Part shown: in pieces, positions 1-13,135 of the stretch
How positions within the stretch are numbered: position 1 is the stretch's first letter
Layout of the letters: every line of letters starts with the position of its first letter
Assembly: GCF_006345805.1 (NCBI RefSeq)
Contig: NC_043005.1
Span: 68,882,001 to 68,946,000, forward strand
Direction of reading: 5' to 3'
Length of the DNA: 64,000 nucleotides
DNA from: Octopus sinensis
Lineage: Eukaryota
Translations under genes and position numbers: made by a program
Notes under the pieces: generated by a model
Database searches by the model: none
Seen by the model: only the letters and a program-made list of their open reading frames with translations
Told to the model about the DNA's origin: nothing

Positions 1-501
1 TATACATCCGCTGTGATTGACTTGCTAAGCCTGATGAAGCTGTAGTGAAAAGTATGCATTCATCATACGAAACAATAGACATAAAATTTGTTTGCATTAA
101 TCCTGCGACGGCAAAAAACAGTAAGTTTTAAGACAACGTGTCATTTGATGCTCGTTCAGTTCCTGTGGAACCAAGTTGTCCAGGTTCTTTACCTTGTCGA
201 TTTGTTTCAGATTGTCCAATAAAGATGGAATCGAAATATCAATCTATGCTACTAGTTTGAGGTGTATCGTCGTTCACTAGAATTTCCCGCCCATCATTAT
301 GCACATTGGTCTCAGGTGTACCAAGGGGCTGATTTTCAAGTGTGTAGTCACCAGACCGGGACTTCTGAAACCATTGATGCACAGTGCGTTGATTCAACAA
401 GTCTTCACTTCACACCTCTTTGATATTTCGAGCTGACTGGGATGCATGATACAACGATGGGACTCATATTCATAAATGGCACGAATATTCGATCTCTCCA
501 T
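1..501 (-). mobile_element. Mariner transposase relic (5' part; runs off window edge)
   Basis: Minus-strand ATG at 501 gives MERSNIRAIYEYE; across frameshifts EDLLNQRTVHQWFQKSRSGDYTLENQP, NLKQIDKVKNLDNLVPQELNEHQ and IVSYDECILF, matching the mariner HTH, WVPHEL and IVTGDEKW motifs. Confidence 0.85.
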
Positions 502-696
502 GGGTTCACAAAAATTGAAATGTAACAGATAACTCACAAAATAATTAGACACCATTACTTGCATCTCTAAAAGTGATGATGTAATTCTTTAATGTAAAAG
601 TAAGAACTGTCAGGATACAAATTTTGAATTAACGATTGTCGGATTTGGTGCGTAAACACTCAGCATTTTATTTTTAAGGGCCTGGTATGTATTTAC

Positions 697-699
<3 letters not shown>

Positions 700-773
<74 letters not shown>

Positions 774-821
774 TATGCATATACATATATACATACATAC
801 ATACATAATGTATGTATATAC

Positions 822-876
<55 letters not shown>

Positions 877-886
877 ATAGTATATA

Positions 887-938
<52 letters not shown>

Positions 939-970
939 ATATATATGTGTATATATATATATATATACAT
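700..970. repeat. (TA)n / (TACA)n microsatellite
   Basis: Direct reading; it generates the poly-IY ORFs 610-798 and 775-1044. Confidence 0.95.
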
Positions 971-1347
971 ACTTTTATACTTTAAGAAATCATTGCGAAA
1001 ATTATATGCTGAACACCAAAGCACTGCTTGCGTGTTACACTTAGTTCACATACGTCATACTCTCAGGACCCCTATGTAAATTTCAATAGAGTTATACACC
1101 ATAATATCATGTAATGAAAGAGAACAAAAGAAGAATTAGATAATTACATATATTAGCCTGGACATATATCCATAAAACAGAACAGTCATGAATTCATCAT
1201 GATATATAATAGCAGTGACCATACTGTGAGAATGGACACTGGAAATTATCACTTCTGTGTGTATTGTTCCTTAGCGTGGGCACAGCCCTAGGCTAATCAG
1301 ACTATATGTGTTAATTGTGCAACTTCTGTAGTATTGTCATTTATTAA

Positions 1348-1348
1348 T

Positions 1349-1391
<43 letters not shown>

Positions 1392-1450
1392 CATACATAC
1401 ATATACATATACACATACATATACATATACATGTGTGTGTGTGTGTGCAT
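1348..1450. repeat. Compound (CA)n/(TA)n/(GT)n microsatellite
   Basis: Direct reading. Confidence 0.9.
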
Positions 1451-2601
1451 AGATATCTTTTTTTAGTTATGTAGATACTTTTATTTATATATATTGTATA
1501 TAATATATTGTCATTAGTTAAAAGCTACATTGGCGCAACGTGTTGACACAAACAGGATTCAATCAGAGGGTGGTGTTGTTGGGTTGAATGGTATGATAAT
1601 TATTGTGCTGGTGGTCCCTATTATGACAGGAGGTACATTTGGGCGTTGTGGAGGTGTATGTAGATGTATGTATTTGTGAGTTTATGGGTTGCGGGTGTAG
1701 CAGGGGAGAGATTAGAAATATAAGGATAGGAGAATATTTTAGGTAGTAAGTAAAATTCGGACAGAAAACTGTAATTAAAAATGATTAAGAAGGAGTTAAA
1801 AAGGAAGAAAATTATTCTTGGTTTAATACAGAATAGTACTGAGGGTGGATGAGTGGGAACTATACACACACACACACATGTATATATATATATATATAAT
1901 ATATACTTCAAATAGAGTTAGAATTTATGAATTCTACCAACTAAGTGATACTATTTACCCAATTACTAATGCACAAGTCTTGGTTATTGCGTGGTAATGA
2001 CACTACTGAGCGTAATAAATGGGTGAGGGTTAAGAGTGTTTTTACCCTTAATGTATACGGCTTGAAGAAAATGGATGGGATCCAGCGGTGGTATGCATCA
2101 AATGTTAGACATTATAATGTCTATATATTTTAAACAATTATGAGAATATATATACAAGTGTTGGTACTTTATATATGTAAAACACAATCTTTGCACTGGT
2201 ATATATATTCTCCATAATTGCTTCAAATAAATAAATAGAACGAACGTTAAGTCGCTTCGATTAGTTTAAATTTTGAAAGGAGTATCATGAATTCCTATAT
2301 TTGAAGACCGCCAAAATCGAGGGAATAAAATTGATTTCAACATACGAGATCTCACAATGTTTACCAACATTGATTCAAATAGAAACTATACTTTATTATT
2401 TTATTCTTTTATTTTTTTCAGTCATTTGATTGTGGCAATGGTGGAGCACTGCCTTTAGCCGAGCAAATCGACCCCAGGGCTTATTCTTTGTAAGCGTAGT
2501 ACTTATTATATCGTCCCTCTTGCCGAACCGCTAAGTGACAGGGATGTAAACATACCAGCATCGGTTGTCAAGCGATGTTTGGGGGGACAAACTCAGACAC
2601 A

Positions 2602-2656
<55 letters not shown>

Positions 2657-2657
<1 letters not shown>

Positions 2658-3376
2658 ATGATGTGTTTTGAAGTTTTGCATTCGTTAAAATTTTGTTTAT
2701 TTTTAGTAGTTTTGACCGCATTGGTCCCTCTTAGCGTGTTGGTATCTACGAATAGTAGTACCCTCAATATAATATAAATGAATATTTTCAAAGAGGAAGA
2801 ATTTACGGATTTTTTCTCTTACGAGGTTTTTCACGCTGACTACTGATAATTTCTTTTAAAGATTTTATCCTCAATTGTTAATTTATATTTTTCACCGGAA
2901 TAGTTCAATACTGGATTTTTATTCCGACTAGGCAATTTGTACCGAAATGCATTGCGAAAAAGCCCGCCATTTTCATAGATATGTAAGGATAAACATTCGT
3001 ACAAGCTACGACGAATTCTACGGTGGCTATCGAGTTTGTAATGTTATGTTTTTTCTTATATTCTTGAGTTTGTTGCACTGACGAACATGAAATGCATATT
3101 CTGCATTAAATGCGAAATCACATGTGATATGTAACTGAATTCTTTTTTAAAATGATGTGTTTTGAAGTTTTGCATTCGGTAAAATTTTGTTTATTTTTAG
3201 TAGTTTTGACCGCATTGGTCCCTCTTAGCGTGTTGGTATCTACGAATAGTAGTACCCTCAATATAATATAAATGAATATTTTCAAAGAGGAAGAATTTAC
3301 GGATTTTTTCTCTTACGAGTTTTTTCACGCTGACTACTGATAATTTCTTTTAAAGATTTTATCCTCAATTGTTAAT
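2657..3376 (+). mobile_element. 720-bp non-coding insert with 226-bp terminal direct repeats (494-bp period); candidate retrozyme or miniature Penelope-like element
   Basis: 2657-2882 equals 3151-3376 except at two positions (T2685/G3179, G2826/T3320); flanked both sides by (TA)n; contains a hammerhead motif; no coding ORF. Confidence 0.75.
3066..3142 (+). ncRNA. Type I hammerhead ribozyme (predicted cleavage AUA after 3129)
   Basis: Stem I GUUGCA(3072-77)/UGUAAC(3130-35), extended by GAGUU/AAUUC; core CUGACGA 3078-84; stem II CAU/AUG plus AAUGCA/UGCAUU with UAUUC loop; GAAA 3114-17; stem III is the palindrome AUCACAUGUGAU. One defect: A3085.C3113 at the 10.1-11.1 pair. Confidence 0.7.
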
Positions 3377-3378
3377 AT

Positions 3379-3418
<40 letters not shown>

Positions 3419-3594
3419 CGACGGGCTTCTTTCAGTTTCCGTCTACCAAATCCACTCACAAGGCTTTGATTGGCCTGATACTATAGAAGACACTAGCTCT
3501 AGATGCCACGCAATGGTAGTGAACCCGGAACCATGTGGGTGGTAAGCAAAATACTTACCACAGAACCACTTTTTATAATACTTTCTATACTTTG

Positions 3595-3790
3595 CTCAAG
3601 GCCAGGAGTATCTGTGGAAGGTGGTTAATCGCTTACATCTAACTTAGTACATTACTGATAATCGGCCTGGAAATTATGAAGGGCAATATTTTCCTCTGCG
3701 GTATCTGAAGTCAGAACGTTAAAATTTGAAAGAAATACTACTAAGCATTTTGTCAGGAACGCTAAGAATTCTACCAGCTCACCATCTTGA
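3595..3790 (-). mobile_element. Degenerate SINE family B copy
   Basis: Diverged match to the reverse complement of the family B copies at 41013 and 52363 (…CAGAACGTTAAA…TAAGCATTT…CTACCAGCTCACC). Confidence 0.6.
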
Positions 3791-6700
3791 ACGAAACTAA
3801 TATTAAACTTTCAAAATGTTGTTTTCCAACTGTAAATCAACATTAAAAAAATTCACTAAAATGAAGACAAAAACTATCCAAGAAAACATAATACGACCAC
3901 ATGATATTTGTTGTAACTACTTCAAACTATAAACATATTTCTTCCGACGCGTTATCTTTCATCAGACACCCATTTCTTTCTTCTTTCTCTTCTCTGTTTT
4001 CCAACACAGACACATGCTAGTAAATGCTTGAAGTGCTATATAGCAAAAAGTACAAATTTCCCGAGAAGAATGCCTCATGCATACGAAATATCAAGTAAAA
4101 GCTGTGGACATCACGCACTTCTTTGGGAATAATTTATTTTATAATTAATTTTATTGGATGAACAGTTTACTTCACATGATCTTGTTTACGTTTTATGCCA
4201 TAGTGATTTAATATTCTAGCATTTCTAACAACAGAAATACTGTTATATAAAAAGTGCACACCTTGTGTTCGGTATATATAATATGCTTTCTTACTGTTGC
4301 CTTGCGTATCATATTTCGCATGTGAAATCGGAGGGTTTGGATGATCTTGAGTTGTACATGAGTTATTTTTACGATATGTTCCAGGTATTTCCAAAAATAA
4401 TATGTTCACATGAAATCCTCATTCATACCGCATCATACACACAAGACGCCCCTAAAATAAATACAAAAGACTGCAATCCGATGCGGGTGTTATGTATAAG
4501 TACATTTCCAGTTTTATACACAAGATTCAGTTGTGAATTTATGTTGTTTACACCAATAAATCAGCGTTCATTATGTCTATAATAAATATGTAACTCCTCA
4601 GAATTTAATTATTTCCCAATTTTATTTAGAATTCCTGTTTGATTTATGTAATTTTCAAATCATTTACTTAAATTAATTTTCAAGTTTGTTTACATACATT
4701 AATACATTTTTGCCTTAATCTTTTCATTAAATTGGATAGTCTTGTTTCGATGAATTTCAATATAAATTTGCACATGTGATGATGGAAAAATATGTTTATT
4801 GCGTGCGAATTCACTGTGATATTCGCAATATCATGCAGAACATACATTTACACTATTTATACGTAAACATATCTGTCAAATCAATACACATAACTTTCTT
4901 AATGATTTTAAAATTTCATAGCTTAAACTAGAATTAAGATATGCGTATATACCTTTATTAATTATCTTTATCTTTTCTAGTTCAAAAGCGTAAAATAGAA
5001 ATAATAAACTTATTTCATTTCCAGAGCTAAATCAATAATCTTTAGATAGAACTTATATTTACATCAATAAATTATTTTAGTCATCCATAATTTATTTCAT
5101 TATAGGAATTTTCAGAATTAATATTCTGTTTGACAACTGAACGTATGGCTTCTTATATCGGCACTCAAATTAAGACTGTCCATTTCTCTATGTGTACACA
5201 ATTTATAAACAATATTTATTTTCATTACTTAGTTTACATTTAAATCCACAACAAATCAAACACAACAATCTACTACGAGAAAAAATATATCGTAAATGTG
5301 TGTTTTTAAAACATATCTTCGAAAGGAATTGTAGTGGATATTTTCTAGCATTCAGAGTGAATGGGTAACTATAGAATTAATTACGAACAACATTTAAACT
5401 ATGTCCCTAAACTTTAAACTGCCCCGCACACACGCTTTCTCAAATGGAAATGATATGACGCTGATATCCTTTCAACATTTTGGAGATATTTGTAGACTAA
5501 TCCCAGACTGGCACCGAACATTAAAAAGTGCAGCTCATAAAAACTAAATTAATGAAGAAAATTGAAATTCCGGTACCTTCTTTCCAACTAGGAATATTAT
5601 TGAAAGTTTTAGCACAATACTGAGCATGGTTAAATATATGTATTGAAATAAAACTGCATAGAAACACCAACATAGATTTAGTAATAATATGTAACACATT
5701 CAATGCATATACAACTTAGTAATTCTTGAGCTTCCTAAGATTCTGTCGGGTTGGATTCAGAATTAGATACTTCCTAAAGATACTACAATTAAATACAAAA
5801 AAGAAAAATAATATATATATCGCAAACTAGCAATTTACACATCGTTTACAGAAAGAAACGGAATAAAAAAAGGAAGATACAAACAAAATTACACTGATTT
5901 TTAAGAACTTTGCTATCTTCACATTCATTAGTACTACTTTCAAAAGAATCTCTTATCGATCACAGAAATCTGCAATAATCTAAGTACAAACAAACATTGC
6001 CTAAGCATATTAGATGGCAGAGTCTCACTTGATGTACATGGAACGATCAAACATCTACTAACATTGCAGACGCAAGCACTTGATTAAGCACTTGTATTTT
6101 ACAGATTCACACACCGGCAAATTGGGAGGCACAGTTCTTGCTTTACTCCGAAGCAAATTCCACATTGTGCCTCTTCCAGTGTCGTAACTCTAACTCTTAT
6201 AAACTACAGATGTAATCTATCACTACTTAGAATTGTTTATCAGATGATGGATTAAGAATTGTATGAACATCCTTCCACCTTCTTTATGTGAATGTACATG
6301 CATAAGCTATTTTCATTGCAAGGTTACCTGGTATAAAAAAATCTATAAACTGTGCTAAATGTACGCATACACATTTAATTTTAGATCGAAAAATGTATCA
6401 CGAACGCTGTTAAATTTGGGGGAAATAATCAAATTATATTGCAACTAGACAGGAGAGGACTACGGTGTGATTTCAAAATGTTATACAATGTTTCTGTTCA
6501 GCGGAAGGATTTAAAGTTAAGAAAAGTATACATTGACCCAATGACATCTGATACATTTTGAGCTTCATAGTAGAAAATCTCAACAAAAAAATCATGATAT
6601 ATTGATGATGTGCTCAGGTTCTAATACACACACTGATCGGGATCATTCTTTGTGTATTTGAAATAACCGAGCAACGGTTAGTTCTGCGTATCATAATATT

Positions 6701-8069
6701 CGCTCAATACATTTTGACGGTGAAAATATCGTGAGTAGGTAATGTATACGTGAAATAAGTAAATCTAAGCGCGTTTATATATGAAGGGGGAAACTTGTGA
6801 ATATATAAATGTTGCATGCCAGAAAGATCGTGAGAAGAAACTCTAGTAGTGAACCAGAAGCAGCACATATAATGTGCAATTCTGAGATATATGAAATATG
6901 TTTATGCAGATAACACATCGTATTGAAAATGCTAGGAATGATTTATAGAAATACAAATGAATCTGAGAAAGAAATGATATACAACCAAAGCAGAAATATG
7001 ATAGAACTCTACACAATATATGAGAAAATAAAAATAAAAAAAAGCACATATGTTTAATATCTCAGTTGGATATAGAATAGGTGTAAATCTTCCTAAAGGG
7101 GTATGTAATAAATTAACAGATATAGAATTTATTGCAGACTTGTTTAGGCTTTACGAGTTTGTGGCCGAATATCCCTTTGACAGAGCAAAACTATTTCAGC
7201 ACAGAGTGTCTTATCAAAATATTTGGGAAGAAAGTGAGGCTCCTTTCACCTATTTAAACACAACAAACGCATTGAATGTATAGGAATCTTTACTTGTATA
7301 AAGCTATATTGAAATGTACGACAATTATGAGTTCGGAAAGTAAGTAATGTGTTTTACAATCTTAGAAAACGCCTGATTTCTCCACATGCAGATCATATAC
7401 AACATTTAAAAAAAGCAGTTAAGAAGGCAGAATATAAGAAGCTTACTGATATGAACTACACACCAGTACAAACTAAGTTACAAATAGATGTTAAATGAAT
7501 TACCAAAATATGCATGTAAATAAAGCACTTTATGATGCTTTAGGAGTAAAATGTAATAAGTTAGTGGCTGAAGTTACCCTGATGAAGAATTTCCTATGAA
7601 TATAAAGCTACTAATGATTTGGTAAATTAGTATATTGGAAATGAAAATTCTTGTGTTATTTAATAGAAATAAAAGCCCTCATGTTTACGATGAATCATCT
7701 AAAATAAACGACCTTAATAATTTCGTAAATATCAGTTAAATGTGAAAGCGAAATACGGGGGAGAAGCACGATTATCGCTCGGAACCTTCGTAGCTCTGGT
7801 GTATATACCATTCTCGAGATGCTTTCCAGGCGATTTGAGACGTTTTCAGATGAGCAGGTATACCTATGGTAGGGTATTCCAATTTTAGTATATCTTTACT
7901 ATACATCGAATAAGCTGACCTGCCATCTTTTTATTATAAACTGAATAAGACGGCTGCAACAGCACGTCTAACACACCCTACTAAATACTGTTTGTCACAG
8001 TTAACTATTTTACGGAATGCAGTCGACACATATAGTCTATTAGAATCTCGCTATGCGATAAACGTTTAT

Positions 8070-8460
8070 GTTAAATTTGGCGTAAACGTTGCAAAAACGG
8101 ATGACATGTTACAGACTCCTTATGGATTACCCAGTATGAGCCGACTGACTTCGCCGTCAAGAACTTGACAGTTTTATTTTTCGCGACATCATTTTCATCC
8201 TCTGGGTTCCCTCTATGGAGACGGTAAACAAAGCGTACTTTCTGGAATTTCGGCGGGAATTGAGGAACAGATATCATCGCAAGAGATATCATCAGACCAA
8301 TGCACAAGTTCCGATACCATATCGATAACCGCCTACTTGATAGAGATCTATAATAATACTGTCCCTCACTCACCATACAGTTCAGACCTTCCTGTAACTT
8401 TTCGTTGCAACCCATGCTGAAGCAGGTGAAGACGGTTCTGACAAGTATTCTCGGCACCTT
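8070..8460 (+). mobile_element. Mariner transposase relic (catalytic-domain region)
   Basis: Plus-strand peptides VTDSLWITQYEP, KNLTVLFF, DIIFILWVPSMETVNKAYFLEFRRELRNR and VPHSPYSSDL (the YSPDLAP motif), with frameshifts. Confidence 0.75.
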
Positions 8461-10399
8461 CAAATTTTAGGAATTCCATAGAATGTCGCATATTAACAGG
8501 AACATTACACGTTCACAGAAGTAAAAGGATCCAGATCCGATATCAATTCACTCATAAAACCGCATTATTTCTAGTTATCAATCACTGCTCAGTTTTTTCT
8601 GATACTTCTCTTTACATTTGTAACAAGTTTTCTTTGAATAAAGATTATTTAGGACACTTTTATGACGTAGCTCTTAAAATGATAGCTTTATGTTTTCTAT
8701 TATATTACAACAATAGATTTTGCCACACTAATTATGTTTCTAATACTAATCATTTTAACCGACTAAACATTCGTAAAATATAATAGATGGAATTTATGTA
8801 TTGAGACATTATTTCACAATTGCCCTTGTGACACGACTGAGACGTTTTGAAACATCAATTATAAAGTTACAGCTTGCTGTGCATTGTCACAATATAGAAA
8901 TTTTCAAAACCTTTCTACAGATTTAATAACTTAAAGGTAATTGTTGTATTTACTTACAAAATATATAAACCAAAATTAATATGCACGTTTTTGAGGCTCT
9001 TCAAATTCACCATTAGGATAATACAGCTTCTGTGTTAAACTCACTTTGTCATTGTGCTGTTTCTCAATGAATACTAGTGTACAGGGTACCAGCATATTTG
9101 ATATACCAATTTTAGGCATGCTGTTTGCCATAATGATTCTCCAAAATCACAATGTGATAGTAATTGCTCTCATCCATAATTTCTACATGTTTCTTGTCTT
9201 AGAACACATATGGTGCATACGTTACAGGCAAATGTCGTCACTGCTTGAAATTTTCCTGTCATATGCTTAATTTTCGTGGTACTCTGCGTTCATTCACAAA
9301 AGGCTTTATATTTAGAAATATGTTACAGTGGAAATCATTTATATAACAATACGAATGAATTTCAACTTCGATATTATTTTAATAATTTAGCCTTAAATGA
9401 AAAGTTATTAATATGATTTAAATATGTAATAAATAAACCTGAATCACAATGTGCAATTGCTTTATATCTGAAAAGATTTAACTGTCCTATACCATAGTTA
9501 GTTTGCTAAATGACAAACAAATTCTCTAAAAATAATTTAGGAATCTTAGCACAGAATAAAATATTCGCATCTAAAGATTACAGAAAAGTCATTAGTAAAG
9601 ATGAATTGTTTCGAGATACCTTGCGTGTTTGAAAGTTTCTTCGTATTCGTGAATATGAGATAAACATACCAGGTCTCTACAAATAATTTTACATGGTTTC
9701 ATTTTTCTTCTGAAGCACATCGCACAACCGCCTGAGGTCAGGTAGAATTTAATTACAAGATATTATTTGGAAGCAAAATATTCTGCTAATAGTTTATTTC
9801 TTTTTTTTTTCATACTTGAAAAGCAGTGAAACTTATTATCAAAAACAGTGTTTTTAGATATTCAAATATCATCCCCATTATATGTTTTCATCAGATATCG
9901 AACATTAACCACTAATTCAATTTCCAAATACATATACATATTAAACTAACATTTTTGAGATGAGAAATTGGAAAGAGAGCACAAGACTTTTCTTATGTAC
10001 TTTCAGTTAATGTCTGTTTTTTAGATCATTTTCATGTTATGCAATTAAAAAGCAGATTACATTTAGAAGGTGGAAGGTAAACATGTATTTATAGAAGGAA
10101 GTAAAAACATTTTCAATTATTTCTCAAAAATGGTTCTAATTCGCTTTAATTCACCGTTACTGCAAATATTTTTCAATGCTTTCTTCAGAGCCAGCAAAAG
10201 CATTTTTAATGTAAACATTAAAATATTCAATTTTCCTCTTCTGTAAGTTATTACCGTCTCAAAGTATTCAACAACTGTACTTCGGAATATATTTTGTAAA
10301 AGCATGTATGTATACATGAGTGTCTGTATGTACAGCTATGCACTCAGACAAACATTGATGATATGTTAACTTATATTTTTGAATATATCTGTGTATCTA

Positions 10400-10655
10400 T
10401 TAATCTATCTATCTATCTATCTATTTATCTATCTAAGATTTTGGTACGTGAACGTATATATATATTTGTTTATATATGTATATATATATATATGCACACA
10501 CACGCACGAACACAAACATGCACACACACACACACAAATATATGAGTAGGGAGATAAAGTGAGTGAGTGAGTGAGTGTGTGTGTGTGTGTGTGTGTATGT
10601 GTGTGTGTGTGTGTGTGTGTCTGTCTGTCTGTCTGTTTCTGTGAGAGAGAGTGAG
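10400..10655. repeat. Compound (TATC)/(TA)/(CA)/(GT) microsatellite
   Basis: Direct reading. Confidence 0.9.
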
Positions 10656-11077
10656 CAACTTATACATATAATAATCATTGATGCTTCTGCATTTACAGTC
10701 CGGGTGAAAATATATTTCAAAGATATAGATTTCATACCTATACAACGTGTTTATTTTACATATAGGATAACATTGAATAACATGAAATGAACCTATCCTT
10801 GAATTTACTCGCATCTGGTAACCCTTTACGGTGTTAGCAGTCTTGTTTGCAGAAACCGATCACAAAAGCATGAAATTCATGAAACCCTATGAATTAGAAA
10901 CGGCGTTTGAATTCTTGAAACAAGATTAAGTTGGCAGCAACAACTCCTTACTTTCTTGGCACGAAAAACACGAAAGAGAAATTCAAAACCGGAAGGATTT
11001 TCACTCGGATCGTAAAGTCTTTACGTATATGCTGCAAGAAAATCAATCCAACCATTTAAGTTTTCTGGCAAATTATT

Positions 11078-11295
11078 CTTTCTACTATAGACACAAGGTC
11101 CGAAATTTTGGGCATAGTGGTTTAGTTAATTACGTCAACACCCACTCCTAAACTGGCACTCACTACCTCATCGACCCCGAAAGGATGAACAGTAAAGCTG
11201 ACCTTATAAGCGTTTGAACTGAGAACGTAAAGAACCGGAAGAAATGCGGTAAGTATTTCATCAGCCGCGCGAATAATTGTGCCAGCTCGTCACCT
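11078..11295 (-). mobile_element. SINE family B copy
   Basis: TTTTCTACTATAGACACAAGG…TCGACCCCGAAAGGATGAA…GCCAGCTCGTCACC matches the other family B copies in the window. Confidence 0.75.
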
Positions 11296-12879
11296 CCATC
11301 CAGAAAAATAATGGTAGCAATATTTCATTTAGGCGATACATTGTTTTTAACGTGCAACAAAAAGCTTAAATATGAGTGGAAGACAAAACAAATTTAAATA
11401 GATCAATTGGTATGAATGCCTTACAATGAACATAATAAGAATTTGCTAAAATCACAAGTTATTTACTTATAAACGTACAAATATATATATAACCAAAATA
11501 CACATAGATGAAAACCTATTAACCACTAAAGGCAGAGTATTGTATTCTATATATCCTACCCTTTCCTTCTCAGTTTGAACTGCCCAAAATATGTGTGTAA
11601 ACACTTCTGTTAGGAAGCAACGAAACTGCCTTGGATATCCTTTAGACACCTGCTAAAGATTATCAAATAGAATTTCGACATGGTTTTTCAGCAATCATGT
11701 TGTGTTAATGCTTTCATATCTGTTAGTGCTTTCAGTACTCTGTTCTCTCAAACGAGTTCCTACACTATTTTCGTTTACCTCCCTATTTATTTCATTGTTT
11801 CAATAAAATATCGTTTAAGCATTTTCGATACTGTGAAATTCTTTATTACCGAGAGAATTACGAGTATCAAAGATATTATTTCTTCCTGTGTAAGTTCCGT
11901 CACACAGGTCCCCGCATTCATATTGTCACACAAGGATGCAGTGTTACTACAGACTTTAACCCAATATGTATGGAATTAATTTTTTTGTCGAGGCAATGTT
12001 ATCGACAGTCTGTGTTTTTGAAACTACTAGTTTCGTTGGAGGATAGTGCTGATACAGTAGGGTGCAGAACTTCATAATATGCTGTTATTCCACCTAACAG
12101 TATTTTCCTGCGCAATCCGGGATTAAAATGCATTTAAGGAGACAAGTACAATCTGATTTCAGTTATCATAATCAAAGTTTTCCTGCAGCGGATGTGGTAT
12201 AAATTTACAATATTTAGGTCTTGTTAAATCTTGTTTATCCGTATATAATCTACATAATGTGCGTTTATGGTTTGTGCCAATGCTTCTAGCCTGTCCATTG
12301 TGGCAGCAAAAGCAAATAAATGAATTGTCAACGTTGTCACAAATGACTTTTAACATAACCATTCATATGCTCTTATTGTCATACGAATTTCTGAAATAGT
12401 GAGCAACATACAAGCTAGGCTTTTTCAATCTCATTCCTTTTCGTTAAAGGGTATTTTTATAGCGTGCCGTTCTATGTGCGTGCATACGTATGTAGGTTCT
12501 CACGTATGTGTGTGCGTGAGTTTCTGCGTGAGTGTGTGCACATGTTGTTCTTCCGACATTAAACTATGACAATCACTATATGAATGCAGATATTTTAGTG
12601 TTATTTCGTTTTCTTCTTGATTTTTTTTTCGGATATTCAAAATCTATTTTGGGTTATTTTACGTGAGTTTGAGCAGAAAATAGCAGCTCTGTTTTGAACG
12701 GATGTTATGAGCGTTGCTACATTTCTTTTTAATGAAAATTGTTGTTCTCCTAAAGGAAGCCATATTGGATATTACAGGAAAGAATAAATTCAGAAAGAAA
12801 AAAAAGAAGAAATTGAAACAAAGATTCAGTCCACCAAGCTCATTTTGGAAGACGTGCCAAAATTTTAATATAAACTTCC

Positions 12880-13135
12880 ATGTTCCATAACAATAACAAT
12901 GACAAAAACAGCAACAATAGCAACATCACCATCATCAACAACAGCAACAACAACAACAGCAACAGCAGCAACAACAATAATGATGATGTTAATAATAATA
13001 ATAATAATAAAGGTATGATGATATTGATACTACTACTACTAACTACTACTACTACTACAACTACTACTACTACTACTACCACTACTGCTGCTGCTGCTGC
13101 TGCTACTACTACCACCACCACCACCAATAATAATC
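12880..13135. repeat. Compound trinucleotide tract (AAC/AAT/ACT/GCT/ACC)
   Basis: Direct reading; source of the poly-N/T/V/L ORFs. Confidence 0.9.

Larger units (their letters stand above)
2405..3570 (-). mobile_element. tRNA-derived SINE family A, split by a 720-bp insertion in its central (CA)(TA)n tract
   Basis: 2405-2640 (TCAGTCATTTGA...GTTGTCAAGCGATG) and 3417-3570 (TACGACGGGCTTCTTTCAGTTTCC...TACTTACCACA) align with the two halves of the uninterrupted copy at 36570-37008. Confidence 0.9.

Noticed and set aside
25-60. CTGATGA…GAAA motif
   Set aside because: Stems do not pair, and it lies antisense within mariner coding sequence.
1550-1860. G/T-skewed segment possibly from a LINE endonuclease region; similar moderately GC-richer stretches at 17390-18110 and 63590-63810
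   Set aside because: No motif clear enough to assign to a family.
2657-3376. LTR/TRIM interpretation of the 226-bp direct repeats
   Set aside because: No TG...CA termini and no recognisable PBS or PPT; the hammerhead and boundary geometry fit a tandem-unit model better.
3930-3975. Minus-strand CTGATGA followed by GAAGAAA
   Set aside because: No coherent stems II/III or cleavage triplet.
8071-8463. 130-aa minus-strand ORF with a TM-like segment
   Set aside because: Antisense shadow of a mariner transposase relic on the plus strand.
10160-10195. Minus-strand CTGAAGA-AAGCATT-GAAA with palindromic AAATATTT
   Set aside because: The cleavage position would be G (violates NUH) and there is no stem I.
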